A stretch of 64,000 nt of DNA from Histomonas meleagridis 2922-C6/04-290x (GCA_020184695.1 JAANOX010000011.1:372001-436000); one strand, 5' to 3'; shown: positions 32,193-44,250, counted from the first letter of the stretch. A program made the numbers and translations. Notes: generated by a model from the letters alone, not told the origin.

Positions 32193-33685
32193 AAAATTCA
32201 AAAAAATCACAAATGTGAAGTCATAAGTTTGATTGAAAAAATTCAACTTTTTCAAAAGAAATCATTGAATTGATTAATTAAACCTTTGAAAAAATGGTAT
32301 ATTTTTTTACACTATTTTCTGCAAAAGAATAAATGACAATTATTGTTTACGCTTCATCTCTCAATTATCATGAATAATAAATCAAAGAAAACATTAACCA
32401 GCATAAATTATCAATGACAATATGACATCATCGTCTGATTAAAAAAAAAGATTTAAACAAACATAGTCAAATAAGTTTCCATGCAATTTGTCACTTTTCG
32501 GTTTTCATAAAAATTATAATTTTATATTCCCAGAAACCGAGTGAGTAAATAAATGCAAAAATATTAAAACTCGTACAATACCTATAACATTGGAATAAAA
32601 CGATTTTGATTTCAATTTGTTTTTTGTCAGAAAAAAGTCGAAATGATCAATCACTTTTACACTTTTTTGAAGAATTTCATATTTTCACAATATCAATTGA
32701 TTGTGCTCATGATGTAGTTTCCAAAAATAATTTTCATAAAAAATATTATTGTTTGTGTGTTGAGTTATTCTTTATTTAAATTAAATGAAAAATACGTTAA
32801 AAACATGGATCTGAATTTAACATGATATTCAACACAGTAGGCATTAGTATATTCTAACTTTTAAATATTGTTCAATATGCATGTTTCTGTGTTGCCGATC
32901 TGATCGATGCTCAAATTTTTATTTTTTTTTTTGATTTTTCATTATTTCAGTGACACATGACATCTAAATATTATTTACAAAATATCTGTTTGATTTTTTC
33001 CAAATTTTATGCAAAAGAAACATAGATATTAACTCAGCTAAAATACAACAAAAAACGAATTCAATTATTTCAGTTTATTTTGATCTGATTTTTTGGATTT
33101 GTGGGGAAATATTAAATGCATTCAATTTTGAATGCATTCAATTTCCTGCCGATCATTTTATTCACAAATAATAACAAAGAATGTTTGATTCAAACCCTAT
33201 CGTTTGTACGTTTAAAAGGTAAAAATGGGTATATTAATTTATTATGAAGTTTCCAATTATCTTTTAAAAGTTCTTGAATGTTTTTAATGATTGCACTAAA
33301 CAGCATATTGCATCCGCCAACCACAAATTTACAGTGAATTGCATGTCAATGACTGAACACATAAAAGTTAGTTAAATTATTTTCAATTAAGTTTTGCACT
33401 GCTTCCCAGAATCCTCTTTTAATTAAATTCTTCTTTTTTTCACACATCTTTTGGCTTTTTAAATAATGGTTCTCATAAATTTCTTTTGTGATCTTTAGAT
33501 AAAATAGAAATAATTTTTTTCATCCATATTGATTTATTTAGATAACACTTTTAATAAACCCTATATTTTATAGAAAAAGTTATCTCCACCCAAGAAAAAC
33601 CGGTTCCTTTGCTGAAATTTTTTCTGGTTATTTCACGGTTTACGCTCATTTTCAATACAAATATCGTAGAGAAAAACCACCCCCA

Positions 33686-33692
33686 ACGGTTA
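33686..33692 (+). promoter_or_regulatory. M3-like element AACGGTT
   Basis: 28 nt upstream of the ATG at 33721. Confidence 0.55.
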
Positions 33693-33720
33693 ATGAGCCA
33701 TTTACCTATTTTTCTCGCCA

Positions 33721-34242
33721 ATGGGGAACTCGGGTAGCATCTCACTAAGGCGAAATCCATTTGATGGAATTTTAGCACGAATTTCTCGTGATTGTGAAGG
33801 CAATCCCCATCAAAAAGGTATAATTGAAATTACAACATCAAGTAAAGGCCCAAGAACAATCATCGAAATAGACGCAATTTTAGACCCAAAGAATGAACAC
33901 GAATGGGTCTCTGCAAATGAACAAAACTCGTGGATCCAATTTGACTTTAAAGAAAAAAGGATCAAACTTGAAAATTATGCAATTATGACATTCAGTGGGC
34001 AACAAGGATCGACACACATGAAATCTTGGAGGCTAGAAGCTTCTGAAGATGATATAGAATGGGTTATTTTAGATGATGTTAAAGATGATAATACATTAAA
34101 CTCATCAAATGCAGTTATAACACGAGCAACTAAAACTGATCAATTTTATAGATACTTCAAGTTCACTCAAACAGATAAAAATCAATTTGGAACATATTGC
34201 ATGGCTATTCGCCGAATTGAATTTTTTGGTGTTCTCCAATAA
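33721..34242 (+). CDS. F5/8 type C (discoidin)-like domain protein with N-myristoylation motif
   Basis: MGNSGS start; EWVSANEQNSWIQFDFKEKRIKLENYAI..HMKSWRLEAS..W..LD..YRYFKFTQ..RIEFFG. Confidence 0.85.
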   Translation: MGNSGSISLRRNPFDGILARISRDCEGNPHQKGIIEITTSSKGPRTIIEIDAILDPKNEHEWVSANEQNSWIQFDFKEKRIKLENYAIMTFSGQQGSTHMKSWRLEASEDDIEWVILDDVKDDNTLNSSNAVITRATKTDQFYRYFKFTQTDKNQFGTYCMAIRRIEFFGVLQ

Positions 34243-34439
34243 AATCAGTTCTTTCGTATTCTTAAATTTTTCCTTTAAGTTTTAGAAATGATGCTTCAAA
34301 TGTGGTTCTCGCTAGAAGGGTTGTACAATCCTTAGCGGTTATAAATTGAAAACCATGATATCGTTATATTCATTTTTTCCATTTTCTGAATGTTCCACTG
34401 CAATTTTGAATGTATTTTTTGAGTACAATTAACGTTAAT

Positions 34440-35045
34440 TCAAAAACCCAAACTCTTCTTACTATTACTGTATTTGGTGCAACTGGTGTTGGCTTAACTG
34501 CAATGATAACACGATATTTAGAAAATCATTCTTGTACAGATTCTGATTCATATGAATTTGAATCTCATCATATCACCATTGATTATTAATTAAACAATTC
34601 ATTTAGTTATCATTAACACAATGAAACAAGATGATATAAAATTTTGCATGCTATCAAATTGGATCAGAATAGGAAATGGGTTTCTTCTTTTATATGCAAT
34701 TGATGATCATCCTTTGAAAATGTAAAACAATTCTATGAAAAAATAAATGACATGAAAGGCTATCGAGACGCTTGTGATATACATATTGTAAATGCGGCTG
34801 TAAATGTGATCTTAAAGATCGAAGTGCTGTTAGTCAACAAGAAGGAAAAGAAACTGCTGCAAAATGGGGAATCCCTTTTTTTTGAGTCTTTGTCTCTTGA
34901 GAACATAAATGTTAATGAAGCTTTTAAAATGCTCATTCGGTTATCCCTTAAGTATAATGTTCTTCATCCTCCACCACCTCCCCCGAAAGATTGCATCAAG
35001 GTTCATTATACTTTTCTGCATTATGTACGCTGCCAAATCTTTTAA
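34440..35045 (+). pseudogene. Ras/Rap-like GTPase pseudogene
   Basis: Fragments in different frames: ITVFGATGVGLTAMITRY (P-loop K>L), GNGFLLLYAIDD, KCDLKDRSAVSQQEGKETAAKWGIP, NINVNEAFKMLIR; stops and frameshifts between them. Confidence 0.65.
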
Positions 35046-35740
35046 TTCTGAAACAATCTCGTGAATTAAGATAATAATATACTAAATGCTATATCATATG
35101 TATTTATTGTTATAATTAATTTAATAGTTTATTATTAAAAATTGTTGGGAATGTAATGAACATAATGAATTTGTATTTAATTTATAATATTTCTAGTATG
35201 TATAATTTTTCATGCTTTGATTTCTATACAAGCAAACTTTTAATCTTTATATTGCAATTGAAATAACTTTACAAAAAATAATGAATCCTGAATTTTATTA
35301 TTTTATTTTACATTTAAATGAATTTTTGTTTCCATGTATACATTTTTCTAATAAGGGATTATACTATTTAAAAAAAAAAAAAAAAATCAACAGAACATTT
35401 TACGATTTTAATAAAATAAATATGTCTAAATTAATTTTACCATGTTTTTGTATTTGATATAAAATCTCATTTACACATATAATAAACTCATTTAATTTTA
35501 TTTTTTCAAAAGAAAACAACAAAGAAGCAATTCTAACATGTTTAAATTGCTTAAAATAGGATTACTCCTAAAACGATTTGATATGAATATTTTGGTTTAT
35601 GGAAGTTATTGATCGCTCAAATTTCTGTTCTATTTTTTCATCATTTCTTCTCTCAAAACAAAAAACAATTGAAGTTTTGCTATAATAATTGAATTTATGC
35701 TTTTAAACAAAACAACTTATTACTAATTTGGTTTATCCGC

Positions 35741-36883
35741 TCAACTCCAGTTCCAGCACTTTGCTCTTCCAACGGCCAGTCCGGCGAGACAAAGCGCGCA
35801 ATTCTTGCACGACGGCTTCTTCACGTTTCCTTTTCTTATATCTCGCACAAGATATGGCTCGCGCAAAAACGGTCGCGAAAGTGATACCATTGATGCGATT
35901 CCGTCATTTACGATTTTTTCCATGTCGCTGACCTCTCTAAGGCCACCAACAAGCGCAAGGTTTGCCTCGGGAACAAGTTCATGTATTCTTTTGGCCGCAG
36001 CAAGATTATGAGCATTTTCATATTTCGCTATTTTCCTTTGACTAACAAGCTCAACTTTGTCTTTAGGGAAGAAGCGAGCGATATCCTCTTTGGAGAGAAT
36101 AGCCCTTGTGGAATAACATGTTCCAAGATTTACGCCGCAAGAAATTTCAAATTGATCAATCATTGGAAGGTCACGGATGTAAGCGGCAGCAAGGTCAGGC
36201 GTGACACCTCCATCAATGTGATCATTTCCATTAATTTTTATTGATATGACAAAATCTGATGAAACAGCTTTTCGAATGGAAGTGGCAATTTCGGATACTA
36301 TTCGAAGACGATTTTCAGCTGAGCCGCCCCATTTATCGGTTCTTCGATTCATGTATGGAGATAAAAATGCAGATAATAAATATCCATGAGCAGCATGAAT
36401 TTGGATACCATCAGCTCCAACAGATTGTAAACGAAGGGCTGCTTGTATGAAAGATTCAATTGTTTCTTCAATTTCTGAATTTGTCATATCTCTTGTTTCT
36501 GGTAATATACCAGAAGCGCCAATTGGTGTTGCAATACCAATGTCATCTGGTTTTGCCTTGATTCCAGCATGACAAACCTGAAATATGATTTTTGATCCTT
36601 TCTTATGTACGTAATTAATTGTTGATTTCCATGATTGAGCTTCTTGTAAATTTGTCATACCACATTGGAATTTGTTGGCCTTTCCATGTTTTATGGGATA
36701 TACATATCCAGGAACAATTAAGCCGACTTCTCCATCTGCAAGTTTTTCCATTTCTTTTTTCAATATTGGCTTTGGAAGACCAAAGTCATCACTAAGTGCT
36801 TCATATGTTGCAGATCTCATGAAACGATTTGGAATTTCTATTCCACGGATTTTTAGAGGAGAGAAGAGGATTGACTTCAACAT
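35741..36883 (-). CDS. NADH:flavin oxidoreductase, Old Yellow Enzyme family
   Basis: LFSPLKIRGIEIPNRFMRSATYE, QVCHAG, GADGIQIHAAHGYLLSAFLSP..NRRTDKWGGSAENRLR, SLSRPFLREP, Cys-rich C-terminus; likely start 36883 (ORF track 36985). Confidence 0.92.
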   Translation of the reverse strand: MLKSILFSPLKIRGIEIPNRFMRSATYEALSDDFGLPKPILKKEMEKLADGEVGLIVPGYVYPIKHGKANKFQCGMTNLQEAQSWKSTINYVHKKGSKIIFQVCHAGIKAKPDDIGIATPIGASGILPETRDMTNSEIEETIESFIQAALRLQSVGADGIQIHAAHGYLLSAFLSPYMNRRTDKWGGSAENRLRIVSEIATSIRKAVSSDFVISIKINGNDHIDGGVTPDLAAAYIRDLPMIDQFEISCGVNLGTCYSTRAILSKEDIARFFPKDKVELVSQRKIAKYENAHNLAAAKRIHELVPEANLALVGGLREVSDMEKIVNDGIASMVSLSRPFLREPYLVRDIRKGNVKKPSCKNCALCLAGLAVGRAKCWNWS

Positions 36884-37393
36884 TTGGGAAATTGAATAAA
36901 AAAATTTGTCAAATTTATCGTCTTCAAATTTCATTGTGGAAAAATTGTAAAAATAATGATAAATAAGAAGTGTTTCACATTCCACATGATTGGTTTGCTT
37001 TGGGAAGACGTTGGGAAGCTTGTATATTTCGGATAAAAAACTTTAAAAATTTCCCCTCAACGAAAGTCTCCAAATTTACAGTTGAAAAAATATTTTTGAA
37101 TTAAATCGGATAATATGATATTCAAAAATTAAGGAAAGTTGAAAACATAAATATTTAACACAATTATATAAATATTTGAATTATTTTTATCATTAATTCA
37201 CTATGCTCTTTCCTATTATTTTGTTTGATATTATTTTATATGAAAGTAAACTTAGACATCAAAAAATTTTACGAGTGAATCACTTGTGGTCATTTGTCCT
37301 CTTCGAACTTTTTCAGAGGAGAAATTGAATATATTCAAATTTTACTTCACCCACACAAATATTAAAAGTAAATTAGTAAACGATTTCACCTAG

Positions 37394-38473
37394 ATGAGAA
37401 AGATCAGGGAAATAGATGATTTAACTGATTACATGATCTTGTCTAAAATTGGGGTTGGAGGGTATTGCAATGTCTACAAAGCAATTTATCTTCCAACAAA
37501 ATCTGTTGTTGCAATTAAAAATTATTATAGACATTCACAACCAAACGACAAAACACAAGAGTACTTAAACGAGATTTCAATAATAGGTAGTATAAAATCG
37601 AAATACTATGCCCATTTAAATGATGTATTTTTTACAAAGTCACCTAGGCAACTGTACTTTGTTTATCCATATTCTGAATTTGATTTGCAAGGTATAATAC
37701 GAAGTACGTACCCGGGGTATTTATCGATGCCTCATATTTCATATTTATTTTCACAGATCTTAAAAGGCTTAAGCGATATTCATGCTAGCAATGTTATGCA
37801 TCTTGATATTAAGCCAGGGAATATATTAGTAACTCCCAACAATAGAATTCAAATTATAGATTTCGGAATATCCAAAAGAGAAAATGAAGCAAATCAACTT
37901 ATCAGTGCCGGCACAACCATTTACATGCCGCCGGAGGCCATTATGAATTGTTTGCCATGTTCTCAAAGCAATGATTTATGGAGTGCTGGTGCCACATTAT
38001 TCGAAATGATCACACATAAAACTTTAGTTACAGGAACTGATACGAATTCGGTTCTTCTCTCAATCCGCAAGCGCCTTGGATTTCCTACAGAAGCAGATTT
38101 AAAGGTACAATCAAGTAAAGTACCACAAATCTCTAGATTTGCGTCACCAAATATCACATTATCATTTCTGAATTCCTGTATAAACCCAAACGAAATCCCT
38201 GGAGCTAAGCAACAAGAGTGCGACGCCGCAATTGACTTAATATCGAAGCTCATCGCTTTCATCCCATCAAAGCGGGTCAAAGCACTTTCGGCGTTGCGGC
38301 ACCCATTTATTTTGATGGCAGCCAGCGGCGAACAAGTTCCTGAGATAAAGTTAATTGAGTCACATCAGGATAAAGCCCAAGAAACAATGTGCTCTCATAT
38401 AACAATGAAAGAGATCGTGGACCTTAGGCCACCAAAGATTCTACCAAAGCCTGTGCAATGGGTTTATGCGTAA
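37394..38473 (+). CDS. CMGC-group (CDK/MAPK-like) Ser/Thr protein kinase
   Basis: GVGGYCNVY, VAIK, HLDIKPGN, DFG, YMPPE, DLWSAG, RVKALSALRHPF. Confidence 0.9.
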   Translation: MRKIREIDDLTDYMILSKIGVGGYCNVYKAIYLPTKSVVAIKNYYRHSQPNDKTQEYLNEISIIGSIKSKYYAHLNDVFFTKSPRQLYFVYPYSEFDLQGIIRSTYPGYLSMPHISYLFSQILKGLSDIHASNVMHLDIKPGNILVTPNNRIQIIDFGISKRENEANQLISAGTTIYMPPEAIMNCLPCSQSNDLWSAGATLFEMITHKTLVTGTDTNSVLLSIRKRLGFPTEADLKVQSSKVPQISRFASPNITLSFLNSCINPNEIPGAKQQECDAAIDLISKLIAFIPSKRVKALSALRHPFILMAASGEQVPEIKLIESHQDKAQETMCSHITMKEIVDLRPPKILPKPVQWVYA

Positions 38474-38769
38474 TGTATGAAAGTAATTTATAAAATAATA
38501 ATTCCATGCAATTATTATATCGTTTTTTATAAATTGGATTTTATTATTAAGTCCACAAAAAAAAAAATAATTTTTACGAATCATTGAATAAATCACATTG
38601 GTTTAAATGTATTTTATTCATTTTTTCTTGATCTTCCTAAATGGAAATAGCTTAGTACTAGCCTAGTAATGGTGCATAAGGCTAATAAAGCAGGTAAAAA
38701 AAATCAAAATAATTATTTGTGGGTTGTAAAAAATATGATATTCACAAAAGAGTAAATCATATTCATTAT

Positions 38770-40209
38770 TTATTCCATTACATTTGCCAATATAGCTGAC
38801 ATACAATTTGATATTTCGTCATACTCCTGCATGCAGTTCTCGAATTGTGCTGGGATTTCATGTTTAATGAAACATTCCTTAAAGTTCTCAAAACATTCGC
38901 CTTTCTCGCAGACAAGTTTAGTGACATATCTATTCAATGCCCCAATGAACTTATCAAAAATTTGCGAATGGTCCTCGATTAAAGTCGAACAAATTTCACA
39001 GATCTGATCAGCAAATTGGTTAAGAAACTCAATATCTACAATCTCAATCGCACAAATAATAAAAGACAAGATAGTAGTTTTGTCAGTAAATGGTGAACTT
39101 GGGTAAAACACAAATGCATATCCAAATGCAAGTTGAAATTCTGGATCACACCAAATGTTTTCAATGTTTATCAATAAATGCATTAGTAACATAAATCCGT
39201 GTTTCACACAATAAGGAAATTCTAAAATTGATTCTTTGATTTCAGATACATGAATTTCTTTAAGAATTTCTCTCATTATTTTTTGACCATTGTCATCTTT
39301 CTCTTCTCCAAGCTGAGCAATGAATATAAAAAGAGATAAAACATTCTGTGAAATTATCATATTTTCGGATGGGTACCATCTTTCAAGAATAAACATAATG
39401 TCTTGGTCAATTTGAGTTAAACAGAAATAATTAATATGGATCAAAAGAGTTATAAATTTCAGGTAAAGAGAAACAATTTTTAAATCCTCGGGATGATAAA
39501 CGGCCTCAAAAGTGTTGTGGCAAAAATTCATAAAGCTCTCAATTATATTGGGGGGGACGTTTGAATTTGGTTTGTCTACACAGAACGTTAAAATGCGGTT
39601 GAGCAATTCAATGAAGTCAACAGCAAAAGAACGATTTTCTTGACTTACTTCTGATAACAAAGGGAAATCGACAGAAGAAATGAAATTTTGAACAAAAGAA
39701 CTGGATTCATTAGCTTGACAATGATTTGCAAAATCAAATAAATTTATTAATGATTTGATGCAAGAAAGAATATTAGGACTTGTACGATCACTTAACTGAA
39801 TTGTATTGTTAAGGATTTGGTATATATTGTTATTAACAAAAAAAAGACGAATTTTTGAAGAATTCAGTTGTAATAAATTTGAAAAACACTGTAATGATAC
39901 TGCAAGACTTTCTGCAATTGTTGAGGTAATCAATTTGAGAAGAATTGATGGAATTGAAGAATTTTCAATATTTGGTATAACCTCTGCTGGATTTTGGGCA
40001 AGAACTTCACTGAGTTTAGAAAGATTTTGAAAAATAGCATCAGAATCACCTGATTCGAATTCATTTGATATATTTGTTAATAATTGTCTAAAAATTTGGA
40101 TATCTTCTTCGTTCATTTTGAATTCATTTTTTGAACGTCTCGAAGTAAGAAACTCTGTGGGGTTTATATGTAATTTTGGTATAGCAGATCTCTTGTATAC
40201 ACAATTCAT
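38770..40209 (-). CDS. Hypothetical ARM/HEAT-like helical protein
   Basis: 479-aa Leu/Ile-rich helical ORF; no specific family recognised. Confidence 0.65.
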   Translation of the reverse strand: MNCVYKRSAIPKLHINPTEFLTSRRSKNEFKMNEEDIQIFRQLLTNISNEFESGDSDAIFQNLSKLSEVLAQNPAEVIPNIENSSIPSILLKLITSTIAESLAVSLQCFSNLLQLNSSKIRLFFVNNNIYQILNNTIQLSDRTSPNILSCIKSLINLFDFANHCQANESSSFVQNFISSVDFPLLSEVSQENRSFAVDFIELLNRILTFCVDKPNSNVPPNIIESFMNFCHNTFEAVYHPEDLKIVSLYLKFITLLIHINYFCLTQIDQDIMFILERWYPSENMIISQNVLSLFIFIAQLGEEKDDNGQKIMREILKEIHVSEIKESILEFPYCVKHGFMLLMHLLINIENIWCDPEFQLAFGYAFVFYPSSPFTDKTTILSFIICAIEIVDIEFLNQFADQICEICSTLIEDHSQIFDKFIGALNRYVTKLVCEKGECFENFKECFIKHEIPAQFENCMQEYDEISNCMSAILANVME

Positions 40210-40344
40210 TCCAAATTACTTCACAGGAAGTAAATTAAAATTTAAACGTTCATCACTGGGGGCCGTTAAATTGTTTTAGTCGACCGTTAAAATTTCAACA
40301 GATTTCAACTTTTTATTTGGGATTAAAAATTGCACAAGAAATTA

Positions 40345-40956
40345 TCACTTGCAGCAACCCGTACTTGTGGGTTTATCTTCTTCAGCTGGATCAATTTGAT
40401 CGTTTCCGAATGATCCATCATATGCACCAGAATCAATTAGTTTTTCAATTGATTCAATGCATGAATGCATCATTTCTTCAATATTTTGCCCTGTTTTAGC
40501 AGATGTTTCAAAATATTTAATACCAAGTTTTTCTGCTAAGTCGAGTGCTTCTTCTTTTTTGACTTCTCTCTGAGATTCCATATCAGACTTATTGCCAACT
40601 AAAAAACATATGACATCGCTACGAGCAGTACACTTTACGTCATTGTACCATCTCTCTATGTTGATAAATGTGTCTCTTTTTGTAATATCAAAAACAATAA
40701 ATGCTCCAATTGAACCACGATAATAAGCTTTCGTAACTGCTCTAAAAAGTTCTTGACCAGCAGTATCCCAAAGTTGAATTTCTATTTTGTGCGTTTTAGT
40801 TTCCACAACTTTGGACATAAATTCAACACCAAGTGTTGATGAAGTTTCAGTTTCGAAAATATCATTAACAAAACGAGTTAGAATGCATGTTTTCCCAACT
40901 CCGGAATCACCAACAATTATTGTCTTCACGGACTGATCAAACTTTTTGCCAACCAT
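40345..40956 (-). CDS. Rab GTPase (Rab2/Rab11-like)
   Basis: GDSGVGKT, STLGVEF, WDTAGQE, YYRGSIGA, NKSD, ETSAK, C-terminal GCCK. Confidence 0.95.
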   Translation of the reverse strand: MVGKKFDQSVKTIIVGDSGVGKTCILTRFVNDIFETETSSTLGVEFMSKVVETKTHKIEIQLWDTAGQELFRAVTKAYYRGSIGAFIVFDITKRDTFINIERWYNDVKCTARSDVICFLVGNKSDMESQREVKKEEALDLAEKLGIKYFETSAKTGQNIEEMMHSCIESIEKLIDSGAYDGSFGNDQIDPAEEDKPTSTGCCK

Positions 40957-41438
40957 AAATTAAAAAAGTGTCATTTTTTGCGGTGAACTTTTGCGGCGGT
41001 TTTTGTAGTGGTTCATAAATAAAAACCGTTCTATTTTAACGCCTGATTTTCATTTTTGTTAGGTTTATAAATCTATAGTTCTTAAGAATTGCTTTCAAAA
41101 AATGGAAAGCACGATTAAATCGAATTCAAATTATTTCAATTCTCTTATAATTTTTTTCATTTTTATTTTCATGCTGGAGATTTTTCTGTGTTTTAAAACT
41201 TTTTTTTTATCTTGGTTGTAATGTTTTGTCTGACTAATCATTTATCTATATGAAATGGAACATGTTCCATACAAAAAATTGTATTCATATGAATTTGGCT
41301 TTTTCTTTTATAGCTTGGCTGTGTTTTTTGGTGTCCATTTTATGAAAAACATCGAAAAACGTTCGCAATTCGAAATGGATTACAATAAATTTCGTGTCTA
41401 AGTGAAATTGCACTTCACTAACAGAAACATTACAATTT

Positions 41439-43523
41439 TTACAGTTTATTTTCGCAACAAAACAAAAGCCTTAATTCGAGTCTTTGTAACTCCAACGAGT
41501 TTGATCCCTGAGCCGCCAGTTCGTACAATTCGTTTACTCTATTTTGGAACTCTTCCTTCAGCCCTTCTATCTGGAAGTAAGCATCTGACAAATCGTTTTT
41601 CATTCTTTGGATGATTACTTCGCTTTCTTCCTCAAACTTGTCAGTGTTTTGTATCTCGTCGATGTAGTTATCGTATATACTTTCGATTTCGTCTTCTAAG
41701 TCGTTGAACTTATTTGCTGTATCGAGTATTAATCCGAACGCGTTTTGGATCTCGATAAACTCGTCAGTAAGTAATGTGCTTTTCATAAGATTTCTTATGT
41801 GCTTTTGATGAAGTTCTAATAATTCATCAATGTCAGATACATTTTTCATCGAATCTTCAAGTTTTCGGCCACTAACTAAGATAACATCTGTGGAGACGAA
41901 TTCATTCAATGTGTGAATGGTAGTGAGGATCAAATGTCGAAGTGTATTTTGAAGACGTGATAATCGACTATCGAAATCAAATGAAAATTGTTGTCGTGAT
42001 TTCTTCCAATTATCACTTAAATGGTATTCACAACATTTCAACTTCCATAAAATTTGTGATATCCGTCGATAATTGGAAATGGATTCAGGATTAAGAAGAA
42101 AGTTTAATGGGGAATCAACTTTATATGAAAGTTGAACATTTGACTTGTCTAGACCAGTCTTCATTTGGAGATCAATCCGATCAAGGAGATGTTCTCCTGT
42201 CAGTTTGTTGGTGTAAAGGGAGCCGTTAGTGACCGATTGCAACGATAGGAGGAGAACGTTAAGTGCTTCTGACTGTCTATCGTTCGACAGAAGGCTTAGA
42301 ATTGATGTAGCAAAATCACCTCGAAAGAAGAGAATGAAATCATTTAATGTTCGAAGATGACCTGGAACCCAAACATAATCCATCATGATGGACATTGCAT
42401 TTCGCATGGCAAGTTTCACAAATTTGTCAACTAGAAATAGATCAAAATGTGAACTATCAAAGACACCTTCTGTTTCAACATTCATCGAAATTGATTTGTA
42501 TTTGCGTATGAAGTTCCATGCTTTACCACTTGATACAATTTTGGGAATAAGTTTGGAATCAACAATGTTAGAAGGAACTTTCTCAGGTACAATTAAAAAT
42601 TTACTGTTCCACCAATTATAACTTTCAATGGATTCCTTGTTTCTGGTAATAAAAAATTCATGATAAGGATCATTGAGGAAGCCATAAACAACCCAATCCT
42701 TGATAAAACTTGTGATTATTTCTGTTCCTGATTTGATAAGATTTTGTCCTATAGATTTTACATATGGGTTTCCATGACTTTGAGTTGTTTCAAATAAATT
42801 TATAAGATAATCTTCACTCTGTTGTAGGTTGTGACATATGAATGCTGTTGCTGAAATTCTTTCGGATTTTTCTCCATTGATGAAAGAATTCAATGAAAGA
42901 AGAGTAGTTGAAGTTGTCTGTGATACGGCTATTGCAGTAACAAAATTCTGAAGTTCCTTATTTATTTCAGCACGAAGTGCTTGTCCAAAAATTCCTTTAA
43001 GTTTGGAAGTGGACTTGTTGATTAAATTGACACAGTAAACTAACCGTAAAATTTGTGAAGAAATGAATCGGTGCGTTGGTGAAATTGATCCGTTAACGGT
43101 TATTTGTCCGTTTTTTATTGAAATTTTGTTTCCAGAACCGCATTGAAGCATTGAAAGCAAGTCATAGACAATTTCTTCTTCTGTTATTATTTTAGATGAT
43201 TGTTTATGTGGCTTTTCTTGATGTCTTTGAGTTAAAATTGCTGTTTTTTGAGTGCCTTTTAGCTCATTTAATAATTTAAAAAATTGTAGTTTCTGATTTG
43301 TGAGTTTTTTACAAACAAATGAGAGCCTTTCTTTTGATGAAGGATTAAGTGAAGAACTCCACTTTTTTTCCCAGTATTTAATTGATTGAGGATTTGAAAA
43401 CATAATAGGAGCTGTTATAAAATCTTTTGCATACTGAAAAGAGGAATTAATTAACTTTTCGTCTGATGTTTGTAATATTTGTGAAATAAGATGATAAACA
43501 TTTTGGGAAATTGCAGAGTTCAT
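41439..43523 (-). CDS. Spc97/Spc98 family gamma-tubulin complex component
   Basis: EEEIVYDLLSMLQ, FIKDWVVYGFLNDPYHEFFI, KIVSSGKAWNFIR, HLRTLNDFILFFRGDF, LSYKVDSPL, YRRISQILWKLK. Confidence 0.88.
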   Translation of the reverse strand: MNSAISQNVYHLISQILQTSDEKLINSSFQYAKDFITAPIMFSNPQSIKYWEKKWSSSLNPSSKERLSFVCKKLTNQKLQFFKLLNELKGTQKTAILTQRHQEKPHKQSSKIITEEEIVYDLLSMLQCGSGNKISIKNGQITVNGSISPTHRFISSQILRLVYCVNLINKSTSKLKGIFGQALRAEINKELQNFVTAIAVSQTTSTTLLSLNSFINGEKSERISATAFICHNLQQSEDYLINLFETTQSHGNPYVKSIGQNLIKSGTEIITSFIKDWVVYGFLNDPYHEFFITRNKESIESYNWWNSKFLIVPEKVPSNIVDSKLIPKIVSSGKAWNFIRKYKSISMNVETEGVFDSSHFDLFLVDKFVKLAMRNAMSIMMDYVWVPGHLRTLNDFILFFRGDFATSILSLLSNDRQSEALNVLLLSLQSVTNGSLYTNKLTGEHLLDRIDLQMKTGLDKSNVQLSYKVDSPLNFLLNPESISNYRRISQILWKLKCCEYHLSDNWKKSRQQFSFDFDSRLSRLQNTLRHLILTTIHTLNEFVSTDVILVSGRKLEDSMKNVSDIDELLELHQKHIRNLMKSTLLTDEFIEIQNAFGLILDTANKFNDLEDEIESIYDNYIDEIQNTDKFEEESEVIIQRMKNDLSDAYFQIEGLKEEFQNRVNELYELAAQGSNSLELQRLELRLLFCCENKL

Positions 43524-43800
43524 TGATTACGTTTAGAATTTTCTGATTTCATATCACATGTCTCATATCAGTTTTTTGTTTTTTTCCAAAAGTTGAAATA
43601 TTAATTACATAAAAACATTATAGTTTATTATCCTCTAACATTAATCTTTAAAGTTCAATTACAGCTGAATTATTAATACAACTAAACGATATATTTCCAT
43701 AGAAAGGTCAGAACAAATATGTTTAAATGAAATCAACCAAGAAAAGCTATCCCATCAAATTAAAGTACGAATTATCTTACGATGAAGAAGCTTATTCTAA

Positions 43801-44178
43801 TTAAATTAATACAATCATTATAAGCATAACGCTAAATAACAACACTATGAGAGCTATCCTATGCGAATTATTTTCATCTTCTATGGGCGATTCTGACTTT
43901 GGGGTTGGAGATTTTTGGCGTTGATTCGTGGATCTAGGAGATTTATGAACTATAAGTGGTGTTGGTACTAATTGCCCACCTGCTGGTTTTGGTGTTTTGA
44001 AAGAATTATTTGTTATTTGTGACATTGACGGATTTTTTTCAGGAGACTTCACATGAAAAAACGAACGTAAAGCACCTAATAGCTCATTCCTTGTTGGATA
44101 TAGAGACACAGGAATATTGTTTTTATTACATAAAAACAAAAGCTTTCTAGTTGAACATTTTTCAAAATCTGTGTCCAT
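43801..44178 (-). CDS. Small tail-anchored protein with N-terminal SAP/LEM-like helix pair
   Basis: KCSTRKLLFLCNKNNIPV..TRNELL; S/P-rich linker; C-terminal TM IALIVLLFSVMLIMIVLI. Confidence 0.55.
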   Translation of the reverse strand: MDTDFEKCSTRKLLFLCNKNNIPVSLYPTRNELLGALRSFFHVKSPEKNPSMSQITNNSFKTPKPAGGQLVPTPLIVHKSPRSTNQRQKSPTPKSESPIEDENNSHRIALIVLLFSVMLIMIVLI

Positions 44179-44232
44179 TTGTCACTTTTAGATAAATAAA
44201 AGTGTATTGACACTTTTGTTAACGTTAATTTT

Positions 44233-44239
44233 AACGGTT
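44233..44239 (+). promoter_or_regulatory. M3-like (Myb-binding) core promoter element AACGGTT
   Basis: Matches the T. vaginalis M3 consensus RRCGGTK, 11 nt before the Rab ATG; CG-containing motif that is rare in this AT-rich background. Confidence 0.55.
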
Positions 44240-44250
44240 TACTAATCAGG

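Noticed and set aside
30430-32580. Possible transposon TIRs (TATTCGTACGAACG at about 30431 versus CTCGTACAATA at about 32570)
   Set aside because: Only a short gapped match, which is not convincing in AT-rich DNA.
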